A DNA stretch of 61,550 nucleotides, counting the filler. It is 5 parts of 5 records of this genome, joined end to end, with 100 filler letters (N's around TTAATTAATTAA, not from the genome) between each part and the next. Parts side by side here need not be neighbours in the genome. Positions count along the whole stretch, not along the records: positions 1 to 5,707 come from SRR2962707_4857; positions 5,808 to 35,614 come from SRR2962707_4864; 3 more parts are not named here. The stretch is one strand, 5' to 3'. The notes under the pieces were generated by a model, which did not search any database, was not told the origin of the DNA, and saw only the letters and a list, made by a program, of their open reading frames with translations. Below are positions 1-10,254 of the stretch, piece after piece. Every line of letters starts with the position of its first letter. The stretch's first letter is position 1. Both the position numbers and the translations under genes were made by a program.

Positions 1-27
1 TCACTCACTCACTCACTCACTCACTCT
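1..27. repeat. (TCAC)n tetranucleotide microsatellite at the contig start
   Basis: tcactcactcactcactcactcactct is directly visible; typical of eukaryotic DNA at an assembly break. Confidence 0.9.
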
Positions 28-242
28 TCTTGTTCTCTCTGTCTGTCCGTCTCTGCAGTTGGTTTGTTGTGTGGGGAGGCGACGCGCAATCAAACTGACA
101 CGTTGTTTTTTGAATGAAAAGTCAGTGCTGCGAATAACACAGGAAAGGCCACTATGTACAGCTTTCACTCGATTCATCACTTTCAAAGCCGAGGCGTTTG
201 GAACTGAGATTGTGTGCATCGAGAGGAACAACAACGCAGAAG

Positions 243-2069
243 ATGGTCCTGCTAAATTGCCGCAGGGTCGCCAGGCATTTTCCGTTGGTAGTTGCTGTAA
301 GAGCCGCCTTGATATGCTTGTGCGCCGCGTGTGGCATCGGTGTCGTGGCAGATGGGCTACAGTCGTGTGAGGGAGAGCTGTTGTACAACAACATCTGCCT
401 TCCTCAAGAGTGGCCTCCGCGCAGCTTGCTATCTCGAGTTCCGTCACATCCTCCGTATCTGTCGAGCCCCCCAGCACTCATCAATATCAGCGTTGGTCGC
501 CAGCTATTTGTGGACGACTTTCTTGTCGACTCGACGCTGAGTAGCGCAGATATTGCCACTCGTTTTTTCCAGGCCTCGTATGATGCCAAGCACAATCCGG
601 TGCTCTCAGCGACAGAGTCTTGGGAGTGTGCATTCAATACGTCTGCAGCCTTTGCCTCGGCCTTCAGCGGCGGGGTCTGGTTTGATCCCTCGGACTCATT
701 GTTCAAGCTGTGGTACAGGTGCGGCTGTTTTCAAAACGTGTCACATTGCTTGGCCACATCTAGCGATGGTATCTCGTGGGAAAAGCCTGTGTGGGATGTT
801 GTACCGGAGACCAACGTTGTGCTACCCGGGCACTTTGACGGTTCAACTGTGTGGCTTGATTCTGACGTGAGGACACCGCCAGTGGAGCGATTTAAAATGG
901 CAGTGGTGAACCCGCCCTACAAGAACTTCACCTTGCTTTCGTCTCCCGACGGGATTCACTGGACGACACAGATAATCCAGAGCGGCCCCATCGCTGACCG
1001 CTCAACAATTTTCTTTAATCCCTTTCGAGCCAAGTGGGCATTTTCCATCAAGACAGACTTTTTTAACGCCGCGGATCCTCACGGACAGTTGGGACGCTCA
1101 CGCGCGTATTGGGACGGTTCAAACCTCTGGCAAGCCTCCCAGTGGACAACTGCGGACCTGTTCAACTGGACAAATGCAGACAACCTAGACCCCTCTGTCG
1201 GATGCGGGGCAGGTTCCGGCCCGAGTGGTTTCACCCAACTGTACAATTTGGATGCAGTTGCCTATGAGAGTGTGCTGGTTGGGTTATTCAGTATCTTCAC
1301 GGGTAAGTCGTGTGGGCCGCTATCGCCACTTAATCGAACTGGGGAGTGGGATTCGGTATTTCTAGGTTTTAGTCGCGACGGCTTTCACTGGTCCCGACCT
1401 GTGGTTGACGGCGCACACCGCGTGTTTCTGCCGATGAACGATACAGTTGCCCCGCCATGGGTGTGGAACAAGGCGAACGTTCAGTCTGTCGGGGGTGGGT
1501 TCGTTGTGCTCGACACACCCTCGCAGTCGCAAAGCAGCCGCAGTCAACGTGCTCTGGACTCGCTTCGCTTTTACGTCGGAGCCCGGTCTGGACCCCTTCA
1601 ATTGGAGGGGAACGCTACCACTGGCGTTGCAAACTTGCGAAGAGATGGTTTTGCGGCCATTGTGTCCACGGCGGGTCCGACGACCCCTGGGAAATTGGTC
1701 ACCAAGCCCGTCATTTTTGACGGCGCTCACCTATTTGTCAACGCTAGAGCGTTCAACAACGGGTCAAGCATCCGTGTTCAGATGCTAAACTCCACCACAC
1801 TACATCCATTGTCCCCATTTTTATTTGAAAACTGTGACCCAATTGATGCTGACACCACGCGCTCGAAAGTTTCCTGGAACAATTTTTCCCTTGCTTCTCT
1901 ACAGGAGCTGTCAGGCAGTCCAGTTCGCTTCGAATTTTTGATTGCTGCGCCAGCCCACCTGTTTAGTTTTTGGGTTTCGCCTTCCGCTTGTGGTGAGAGC
2001 ATGGGTTTCGTGGCTGCTGGTGGGCCCACGTTCAACGGGAGCGTCGACATTCACGGGCAATGTAGGTAA
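243..2069 (+). CDS. Secreted five-bladed beta-propeller glycoside hydrolase-like protein (GH32/GH43/GH130 superfamily type), intronless
   Basis: First ATG at 243 (the ORF track starts at TTG 198). Hydrophobic N-terminal segment, three SxDGxxW Asp-box motifs (SSDGISW, SPDGIHW, SRDGFHW), GRQLFVDDFL and LRRDGF motifs, C-terminal beta-sandwich-like region. Confidence 0.75.
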   Translation: MVLLNCRRVARHFPLVVAVRAALICLCAACGIGVVADGLQSCEGELLYNNICLPQEWPPRSLLSRVPSHPPYLSSPPALINISVGRQLFVDDFLVDSTLSSADIATRFFQASYDAKHNPVLSATESWECAFNTSAAFASAFSGGVWFDPSDSLFKLWYRCGCFQNVSHCLATSSDGISWEKPVWDVVPETNVVLPGHFDGSTVWLDSDVRTPPVERFKMAVVNPPYKNFTLLSSPDGIHWTTQIIQSGPIADRSTIFFNPFRAKWAFSIKTDFFNAADPHGQLGRSRAYWDGSNLWQASQWTTADLFNWTNADNLDPSVGCGAGSGPSGFTQLYNLDAVAYESVLVGLFSIFTGKSCGPLSPLNRTGEWDSVFLGFSRDGFHWSRPVVDGAHRVFLPMNDTVAPPWVWNKANVQSVGGGFVVLDTPSQSQSSRSQRALDSLRFYVGARSGPLQLEGNATTGVANLRRDGFAAIVSTAGPTTPGKLVTKPVIFDGAHLFVNARAFNNGSSIRVQMLNSTTLHPLSPFLFENCDPIDADTTRSKVSWNNFSLASLQELSGSPVRFEFLIAAPAHLFSFWVSPSACGESMGFVAAGGPTFNGSVDIHGQCR

Positions 2070-2142
2070 GTGTGTCGAAGCCAGTATGCGTGTAAACGTT
2101 ACGGGTGCGACCGAACACGTCAAAGAATAAAAGTCTTCCTTT

Positions 2143-5100
2143 CTACACTCCAATCGAAAAGTGTGGGGTTTCACTTGTGACGGCATTCTTCCGCACATTG
2201 TTCAGCCCGGCCGCGAGCATGTGCTCTTTCGCTCGTACGCGGTCCAGAGGTAGCAATCGCGCCGATGAAATGCGAACAAAGTGGAGCTCGAAGTCCTGGT
2301 GTTTTTCTGTAAGTCAATCCGCAAATGTGGACAACGCAGCAAGGTGTGTGACAATTCAAACACGCAGGTATCATTCCAAAGTTCCGCGAGCGCACGGTCA
2401 AGAATTTTGTACCGAGAAGCCTAGCGAGCTGTTGCGCCGTGTGAAATTCAGTGCCATTAATGCTAAGCAGGGCGTCTCCGATTTGAATTCCAGCATCCTC
2501 AAGCAATGAGTTCGAAGAAAACGACCACACGACGAGAAATGGATCCGTAATTCGAACCTGGCACAAAGAAACAAAAGCTACTCAGCAAGCCAACAAAGAA
2601 ACCAGTGACAAAGCGAATTGACACATTCCGTGTGGACTTACCCAAACCTCACCGTCGCCGAATGATACGTCTACTTGTTCTGGAAGGGCAACATTGGCGC
2701 CCAGTGGCTCGATGAAAGACGTGCGTTCAATGTGTACCGACCGCACTGCTTGATGTTCCTTCGCCCACAACATGCGAGCCTGCGATGCCACGACGCGCTC
2801 ATCCACCGCCTCGACGGCAAGCCGAAATTCAACTTCAGCACGCCGCAAACGGCGGCGAAGAAATGACTGCAGAGGTACAAACGCAAAGCCGGGTTCAATA
2901 AAAAACCTCAAGCACACGCGCAACAGAACCCGTGGCAACGAGCCCAACGGAAACGAACCCGAAGAAGGTGTCCTCGAACGATCGCTTGCACTTGCTCAAT
3001 TCCAGCCCACTTCGCCAGCCGCCGTTTCCCCTCACTCAAGCTGTCGGATTCGACCAACTCCCTCTCCTTGCCACCGATCGCTATTAGGGCTTTGGCTTCG
3101 CCTGCCATTCCGTTTTCCGCAGCCCGATTACATGCCACTACCATTAACTTCGCTTGACGAGAAACCTTCCGCAGCGCCTCTTTATCGTCACTGTCCATCT
3201 CTTGCTCACATGCAAGCTGGAATTGCTTGGCGTAATGAGTGATTCGAGTCAGGGGTGCCGAGAGCACGTCGTCTGCCCCAGAGTACTTTTCCGCAAAAAG
3301 GTCCCGGCGGCGTTGACCGAGCGGAACTCGTGAGCCTGATGCTGGGCTTGACACCGGACTCGACCCTCCGCTCCCGGCTCGGTACGATGCAAGCAACTGC
3401 TCGTAGACACCCAACCGTGAACACAGTTTCGACGCAAAGTCTGCGTAGTGCATCGTTGCTTCTTGGACAAATTGCTCAAAGGCTGCGGTGCACTGCATAG
3501 TGGACGACGTTGGGTTCTGCAATAAATCAATCGAAAGAGACAACCGTTCGACAGTGTCAAGCAAGTTTTTTTCTCGCATCAGGAAGTTCCATCGAATCGG
3601 AAGACACTCTGCACAAACCAACCTGGCTCCATGCCGCTAACAATCTTGCGTTAGCCGCAACGATCCCATCAAGGTCCCTGCAATCGGACCCGAGCAGAAC
3701 CTCGTGAGCAAAGAAGAGGTCTTTTGGTGCTGCTATGGTTCTGAGCATGTTCACCATTCCAGCGACATAGTCGTGTTCTGAAGCAACCAATTGTAACAAA
3801 ATGCTGCCGCCTTTAGTTGGATTTCTTTGGTCATTCCGATCTACTTCTTTGCCTCTTTTACCCTGAACTTCCGTCGGCCTGCGCTGGGGTGTGTCAAGGA
3901 ACGACTCCTTGTCGACTGCGTCAGTGCGGTTGCAGTGCATTGAGGCAAAGCTTGGGCTGTTGCTGTTGAAGAAGTCACGGGGATCAGAACCTGAACGCTT
4001 GTGCCGATTATCCTGACAGAACCACCACAACAAATTCGGCGCCGCTAGCATGTGTCACTCGACGTAACGACCAGCATGCCGCACCACAGCCGCAGCAACA
4101 ACCAATGCCAACAGCAGCAAGCTGGTCCCCGCTTCAGTACCTTTGAAAGTTGTGCGCGTCTGGTCCCTTGGGAGCGCAATTGTCGAAACAAAGACTCCGC
4201 CTCCAGTTGCTTGGCAGTCTACCGCCCACCAAACAAACAAAGCATCCAGAACAGCACGCGAACCAAACGAACAATCAACGGCTAATGAGCAAAAGAGGAC
4301 GAAAACCATCGGAACCATGTCCACAAAGTTCCACAAAATTCAAGGCCCACCTTTCGTTGGCGAACCCGGTGTCGCCGCCCTGGCTTTCGTTGGCTGCGCT
4401 TTGCGTTTCCTGTGTCTGCACTCCCGCGGGCTTTGACGCTTCGCGCCCCATTGTCAGTTGAATTGTGTGTATCATCACGGCCTGGAGATTGGTTCGACAA
4501 TGGCACTGACTGTGATCGAGAAGTGCTCAGCTTTCTTGCCTGTGTTTCCGGTACCATGGGCCGTTGCAATTTTCGCTTCAGAGCGCCGATGGCTGCCTGG
4601 AGTGTAAACCTTTTCTTGAATGTAACAATGCCATGACTTTTGCGGTCGTTTCCTTGACCACTCGCGTCAGACGTGGATGGCATGTGGATCACCTCACCAC
4701 AATATGTGCGAAACACTTCAGCATCGTGAGGCGAGAAGCGACGAGGCACAGGCGTTGCATGCCCCTCGACTGCTGTCGGAAAAAAAGGGAGGGAGCCGCT
4801 TTCACCGTTTTGCTTGTTGCTCGAACTTCGCCTCTTGTGCTGCCCGGCACTCGTGCTCTTGTCGATACGACCGTCCTCCGGTGCAAATCGATCGCTTATA
4901 TTGCGCACTCCTGGAAACCGCGGCTTTTCCGTAAGTACAACGGACTGCTTCAGTTGAGGCATGTAGTCGCTCTGCGCTCGCTGAAAAAATGCCCGCTGCA
5001 GGGACCGGGCATTTGTGTACGCCGCCAAAGCAAGCTCCCAGTTGCGGATCAACTCCGCCTCCACGCCCATGTGAGTGAAAGCTGTCAACAGCACCTGGAC

Positions 5101-5532
5101 CTCGTCTATGGCAGGGTCCACCACTGAGTCCACTGTGTCGTTGCGCAAGCGAGTGCCATCCCCGTTCGAACTCAGATGCTGATGCGACCTGCCCGTTCTG
5201 GAGAGCGGATCAGCGGCAACTACGCACTCCTTCATCATTGAAACTGCCGACCATGCGCTGCGCAGGGCAAGAAAGTGTTTCCCGCCATTCGACAGCCGTT
5301 TGCATGACTGGACGTGGCTCTTGGCCTCGCCGACGGTCTCCCGGTGCCTCTCGTTGGTGCTCGGAATCGCTCTGTGGGCGGCAGCCGCAGCTTTGCCAAA
5401 TTTTACGAGAGCATTTACAATCGTCCCTCCAGACTTTTTGTCGCCGCGACTGCTGCTGCTGCTGCTGTTGTTCTTGCTGTTGTTGCCCGTCCGCCCGCTC
5501 TCCCCCCACGACAGCTTCGCCTTCCTGGGCAT
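2143..5532 (-). CDS. Spliced eukaryotic gene, 7 exons, 913 aa: low-complexity/TPR-like N-terminus, DH (RhoGEF)-like domain, IQ motif, PDZ domain
   Basis: Exons 5532-4351, 4218-4141, 4012-3623, 3516-2959, 2866-2642, 2557-2413, 2306-2143 total 2742 nt in one open frame. Six GT-AG introns of 132, 128, 106, 92, 84 and 106 nt. Motifs LLQLVASEHDYV and VLSAPLTRITHY (DH), VQAIVRGHLLR|SFL (IQ), AGIQIGDALLSING (PDZ). Confidence 0.8.
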
Positions 5533-5684
5533 AACAACCAACACGCACACTCCACACTCCGCCGCCGTCAACCAGACGAGTGCTGCTAGGCCACCACCCA
5601 CATGCTGCTCCAGTGGAGGAACACCTTTTCGAAATACGACCGCCTCGAAAAAACACGAAAAAAGAACAGCAAGAAACGAAACGC

Positions 5685-5707
5685 AAAAAAAAAAAAAAAA
5701 AAAAAAA
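5685..5707. repeat. Poly(A) tract at the contig end
   Basis: 23 consecutive A immediately before the spacer. Confidence 0.85.
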
Positions 5708-5807
5708 NNNNNNNNNNNNNNNNNNNNNNNNNNNNNNNNNNNNNNNNNNNNTTAATTAATTAANNNNNNNNNNNNNNNNNNNNNNNNNNNNNNNNNNNNN
5801 NNNNNNN
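5708..5807. other. Artificial contig spacer
   Basis: N44-TTAATTAATTAA-N44, which has stops in all six frames. Confidence 0.99.
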
Positions 5808-6454
5808 ACGGGAATCGTCGAAAGAAAAATGCGCAAATCACCCATAAACGTGACGTTATGCACATATTGGCGGTCAAGTTTTACCCGGCGAATGTAGCAG
5901 GGCGCGCGGCGTGCCGTCACCTGCCACAATCCAGTAATTCCGGGCCTGATCGCCAGATAATCTGCCTTGCCCTCGCCGTATAATGACAGCTCGGGCCGGG
6001 TAACTGGGCGCGGGCCGACCAATGACATATCCCCCCGCAGTACGTTCCAAATCTGGGGCAGTTCATCCAAGCCTGTTCGGCGTAAGAATGTGCCAAATGG
6101 TAAGATGCGCGGGTCGTTAGAAAGCTTTCGGTTGGTGGCCCATTCAGATTTCTTTTCCGGGTGATTTTCCAATATTTCCAACAGCGCCTGATCTGCATTT
6201 TCGATCATCGTACGAATCTTCCAACATCGGAATACGACACCATTTTTTCCGATACGTGGGTGAGTGAAAAACCCCGAGGGCGCGCGGGTTTTGGCGATCA
6301 CCCACAACACGAGAATCGTCAGCCCGACGGCGGGCAACAACGCCACGCATACCGTAACATCAAACAGGCGCTTTCCACCCCGTGCATAGAACCCCTGACG
6401 GGGCGAGGTGCGCAAGATTTTGATTTGCCGTGAAGTATGGTCGAGAAACGCCAT
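5808..6454 (-). CDS. Bacterial sugar transferase (priming phosphoglycosyl transferase, WcaJ/ExoY family), 3' end cut by the contig end
   Basis: KRLFDV, FRCWKIRTM and LDELPQIWNVLRGDMSLVGPRP, RPGITGLWQV motifs. Confidence 0.92.
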
Positions 6455-6515
6455 AATTTGCCCGGGTGGCCCTTATCCAATCAAGATGTGATTGGCGGAT
6501 CATGCGCAGCGGATA

Positions 6516-6530
6516 CTAAATTCGGGTTAA
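6516..6530. promoter_or_regulatory. Candidate CtrA box (1 mismatch) upstream of the priming transferase
   Basis: CTAA-ATTCGGG-TTAA versus consensus TTAA-N7-TTAA. Confidence 0.45.
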
Positions 6531-6549
6531 GTCGGGCCGAATATCAAAG

Positions 6550-7275
6550 TTAAATATACTTGAACGAAACATCACCCGGCACGATCGTCGCGGCCGTGAG
6601 GTTTCCTGTCGCGTAAGCGCCCGTATCGATAGAGATGACACCGGGTTTCATTTCTGGCGCGTCAATGATGGTGTGACCGTGGACGATCCACGTTCCATCA
6701 GTCCGGTCCACATTTCCGAAATCCTGGTGTCCCCATAGCAGGGCGCTTTTGTCTTGGGCATTAATTGGCAGCGCAGGATCTGCGCCAGCGTGCACAAATG
6801 CAACATTCCCCGAAGTCCAGAACTTGGGGAGATTCGTGACCCAGTCCAAAAGATCCTGCCCCATCGCATCAACCAACTCGTCACGTGCACGCTCAAGCTC
6901 GGCTCCGGAGGAGGTTTGGGAAATGCCTGAGACGTCAAAGCTGGCCAAGGTTTGCAGCCCGCCAAACCGGAGCCAACGCGCGCCACGATCGGCGGGGTTT
7001 GCGATGAAATCAAGCATCATTTCTTCATGGTTCCCCATGAGGCAAATCGCACCGGAAGCGGCAAATACGGCTTTCAATACATCGGCACTTTGTTCGCCCC
7101 GATCAATCAAATCCCCTAGAAAAACAAGCTGTGAACCAGGTTGCTCTACCTGAAGTCGTTGAAGAATATCAAAACGACCGTGAATGTCGCCAATTGCGAC
7201 AAAGGGTTCATCTGGGCAGATCGGGTCAAAATGCGCGGAGGTTTTCTTGGAACGTTTAAACCATTTTCCCAACAT
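6550..7275 (-). CDS. Metallophosphoesterase, PPP-type Ser/Thr protein phosphatase (PrpA/PphA-like)
   Basis: GDIHG, GDLIDRG, GNHE, VHAG, HGHT and IDTGA motifs. Confidence 0.9.
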   Translation of the reverse strand: MLGKWFKRSKKTSAHFDPICPDEPFVAIGDIHGRFDILQRLQVEQPGSQLVFLGDLIDRGEQSADVLKAVFAASGAICLMGNHEEMMLDFIANPADRGARWLRFGGLQTLASFDVSGISQTSSGAELERARDELVDAMGQDLLDWVTNLPKFWTSGNVAFVHAGADPALPINAQDKSALLWGHQDFGNVDRTDGTWIVHGHTIIDAPEMKPGVISIDTGAYATGNLTAATIVPGDVSFKYI

Positions 7276-7415
7276 TTATTCTGCCCATCAATCTGTGTTG
7301 CAAAACTGGCGCAAAGCCGTTCTAAAAGCTGTGATAATTAACCCAGCCAAGTGAACTCACCCGTAAACCTAGGTACGGTTTGCCCATGCTGCTTAAATAA
7401 TAAGAAGGACCGCAG

Positions 7416-9536
7416 ATGCAAGAGCGGACCAAAAGAATAACATATGCTACGGGGGTTTTTCTGGTTGCTGTAACGGGGGCTTCAACGCTCTCCGGTCAGT
7501 CGCTGACGACATATGGCACGCCTGGTTTGGTTGAAATGCCAACAGCCGAAGTGATGAATGATGGCGACTTTGCCATCACCGCAAGCGCATTTGGCCCCAA
7601 TTACCGCTACACGGCAGCCTTCCAGGTTTTGCCGAGGGTCTATGGCGCTTTTCGGTATTCAAAGATCAGCAATATTGCCCCGCCAACGGCTGCTTACGGT
7701 GGGGATACATATGACCGTAGTTTCGACATCCATTTTCAGATGTTCGACGAGGCAAAATATCGCCCTGCTATGGCAATCGGACTGCGGGATTTCTTGGGGA
7801 CGGGCATTCTAAGCAGCGAATATATCGTCGCCACCAAAAGCCTTGGGTCAAATATTGAGATTACAGGCGGCATGGGCTGGGGTCGTTTGGCCGGCCGTGC
7901 GTCATTTTCGAATCCGCTAAGCGTTTTTTCGGACAGCTTTGACGCTCGAACGAAAGGTGCTAATACTGGCGGCCAGTTGGAGACCGGAAACTGGTTTCGC
8001 GGGCCGGCATCGTTGTTTGGGGGTGTGAAGTGGAAGATAAACGACAAGGCAACCTTCTTCGTTGAATATTCCCCTGATCTCTATACTCAAGAATCCACAA
8101 ATACCGGGATCGACATTTCAACGCCGCTTAACCTCGGGCTTGAATACCGATTTAAAAATGGCGTGAACCTGAAAGGGTTTATTGTTGGCGGTAACGAAAT
8201 TGGCGCACAGCTGAGCTACGTCCTCCAGCCACTCAAGCCAAGCGTGCCGGGCGGTATGGAAAATGCGCCGCGGTCAGTGGGCGCGCGTAACCGACTGGCT
8301 ATTGCGGATTGGAACAACACCCAGAAGGGCGGCGGCAAAGACGCTGTGCAACGTGTTCTTAAGTCGCGGTTGGCTGCTGACGGCATCGAGCTTCAAGGCT
8401 TTACGATGAGTGGTACGCAGGCGACTGTGCGCGTTGATAATAAACGTTGGGGTGTGGAGGCGCAGGCTGCTGGCCGCGCCGCGCGGGTTATGGCGGCAAC
8501 GCTGCCCCCCGAGATCGAAGAGCTTAACGTTGTATTCCAAAAGAACGGGGTGCCGATTAGCCGTGTCGTGACGCAGCGATCTGACCTTGAAGAATTGCAA
8601 TTCGACTATGATGGTCCTTGGCGAACACTCGCGCGTGCGTCGATTGAGGATGCGTATGACGAAAGCCGCGTGGGTACAATCGAAGACGCATTTCCGGTTT
8701 TTGAATCCTCGTTCCGGCCGTATATGGCAACATCATATTTTGACCCCAATAGTCCGATCCGGGCAGATCTGGGCTTGCAGTTAAGGCTGGCATATCGCCC
8801 GACGCCGGGGCTGACTTTTGCGGGACAACTTCGGTATCCGTTGGTCGGTAATATTGACGATTCCACGCGGGTTTCAAATTCGCTTATCGAGCCTGTGCGC
8901 ACCAATGCGGTGCGGTATGCGCAGGAATCTGATCTAGAAGTTAACCGGCTAACTACTGAATACATATTCCGTCCGGGTCAGGATCTGTTTGGCCGCGTTT
9001 CCGCAGGATATCTGGAAAATATGTTTGGCGGCGTATCAGCAGAGGTTCTTTGGTATCCGACGTCAAGCCGTTTGGCCTTGGGTGCCGAGATCAACTATGT
9101 AAAGCAACGTGATTTTGATATGCTTTTTGGCTTTCAGGACTATGAGGTTCTGACAGGCCACGCCTCTGCATATTACGATTTTGGCAATGGATTTTACGGG
9201 CAGTTGGATGTCGGCCGGTATTTGGCCGGCGATTATGGTGCAACGATTTCCATCGACCGAGAGTTCAACAACGGGTTCAAGGTTGGCGGCTATTTCACAT
9301 TAACGGATGTGCCGTTTGATACGTTCGGCGAAGGCTCGTTTGATAAAGGCCTGCGGATCGAAATTCCATTCTCTTGGATTACCGGCAGACCATCGCGAAC
9401 ATCCATTGCCCAAACCATCAGTCCGATTACCCGAGATGGTGGCGCACGGTTGAATGTTCAAAACCGCTTGCATCGTTATGTGAGAGACTATCGTGGAAAA
9501 GAGCTGAGCGACGGTTGGGGGAGATATCTGAGATGA
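7416..9536 (+). CDS. yjbH: YjbH/GfcD-family outer-membrane exopolysaccharide protein
   Basis: Signal peptide; YGTPGLVEMPTA, DRSFD, GMGWGRL, GYLENMFGG, GRYLAGDYG and FGEGSFDKG motifs. Confidence 0.9.
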   Translation: MQERTKRITYATGVFLVAVTGASTLSGQSLTTYGTPGLVEMPTAEVMNDGDFAITASAFGPNYRYTAAFQVLPRVYGAFRYSKISNIAPPTAAYGGDTYDRSFDIHFQMFDEAKYRPAMAIGLRDFLGTGILSSEYIVATKSLGSNIEITGGMGWGRLAGRASFSNPLSVFSDSFDARTKGANTGGQLETGNWFRGPASLFGGVKWKINDKATFFVEYSPDLYTQESTNTGIDISTPLNLGLEYRFKNGVNLKGFIVGGNEIGAQLSYVLQPLKPSVPGGMENAPRSVGARNRLAIADWNNTQKGGGKDAVQRVLKSRLAADGIELQGFTMSGTQATVRVDNKRWGVEAQAAGRAARVMAATLPPEIEELNVVFQKNGVPISRVVTQRSDLEELQFDYDGPWRTLARASIEDAYDESRVGTIEDAFPVFESSFRPYMATSYFDPNSPIRADLGLQLRLAYRPTPGLTFAGQLRYPLVGNIDDSTRVSNSLIEPVRTNAVRYAQESDLEVNRLTTEYIFRPGQDLFGRVSAGYLENMFGGVSAEVLWYPTSSRLALGAEINYVKQRDFDMLFGFQDYEVLTGHASAYYDFGNGFYGQLDVGRYLAGDYGATISIDREFNNGFKVGGYFTLTDVPFDTFGEGSFDKGLRIEIPFSWITGRPSRTSIAQTISPITRDGGARLNVQNRLHRYVRDYRGKELSDGWGRYLR

Positions 9537-10192
9537 TCAGACATGTTGTGGTGACACTTCTTACGACTGTGCTTTTATCCGCCTGTACCGCTGGGGAAAG
9601 CCTGATCTACCGTGGCCTTGAAATGGTCGAGGACGAGCCGGGGCGAGTAGCATTGCCCGCTGGCCAGTTCCCGCCCCGCTTCGCCGCGCTGGTCGCTGAC
9701 ACATCTGTGCCGCTGCTGGTTGTTACCATCGAAAGCAGCAAGCAGGGTGGCCGTTTGCTGTTGGAGAATTCAGTCAATGATGTGGAGACATGGCTAAGCG
9801 CGGATATGAGTGCTTTGATGATCCAAAATGGCATCATTCGTGGGACGCGGGGCGTCGGAAGTGAACTATTCGCGTCTGATATTTCAGAGCCAATGAACCT
9901 GATATTGTCTAGAAATACGGGGTACTCGGACCGTTTCACGAGTAACCTTGGGGGTGATGATAGAATCAGGACGCGCACATACCGTTGTTTGGTCGAAACC
10001 AAAGGGTCGGATGTGATCAATCTTGAGATAGGTCGCGTAGCGACACGGGTTATGACTGAAGATTGTAAAAGTATGGACCAGTCGTTTACAAACACCTATT
10101 GGGTGAGCTCGACGACAGGTGCGATTGTACAATCGCGCCAATGGGCTGGGGATGACGTTGGATATATGATTATCCAAGTCGGTGTCCGTTAA
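9533..10192 (+). CDS. yjbF: YjbF/GfcB-family lipoprotein
   Basis: ATGA overlap with the yjbH stop, lipobox LSAC, IIRGTRGVG, FTNTYWV and IVQSRQW motifs. Confidence 0.85.
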   Translation: MIRHVVVTLLTTVLLSACTAGESLIYRGLEMVEDEPGRVALPAGQFPPRFAALVADTSVPLLVVTIESSKQGGRLLLENSVNDVETWLSADMSALMIQNGIIRGTRGVGSELFASDISEPMNLILSRNTGYSDRFTSNLGGDDRIRTRTYRCLVETKGSDVINLEIGRVATRVMTEDCKSMDQSFTNTYWVSSTTGAIVQSRQWAGDDVGYMIIQVGVR

Positions 10193-10254
10193 ATTATATT
10201 AAGTCGGGGGCGCATCGCTGCTGACATCGAGTATTGTATTGGGAGTGACGTTTC

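Noticed and set aside
5685-5707. Poly(A) as an mRNA tail (transcript contig or retrocopy)
   Set aside because: The contig retains six introns and holds two convergent genes, so it is genomic DNA broken at a homopolymer
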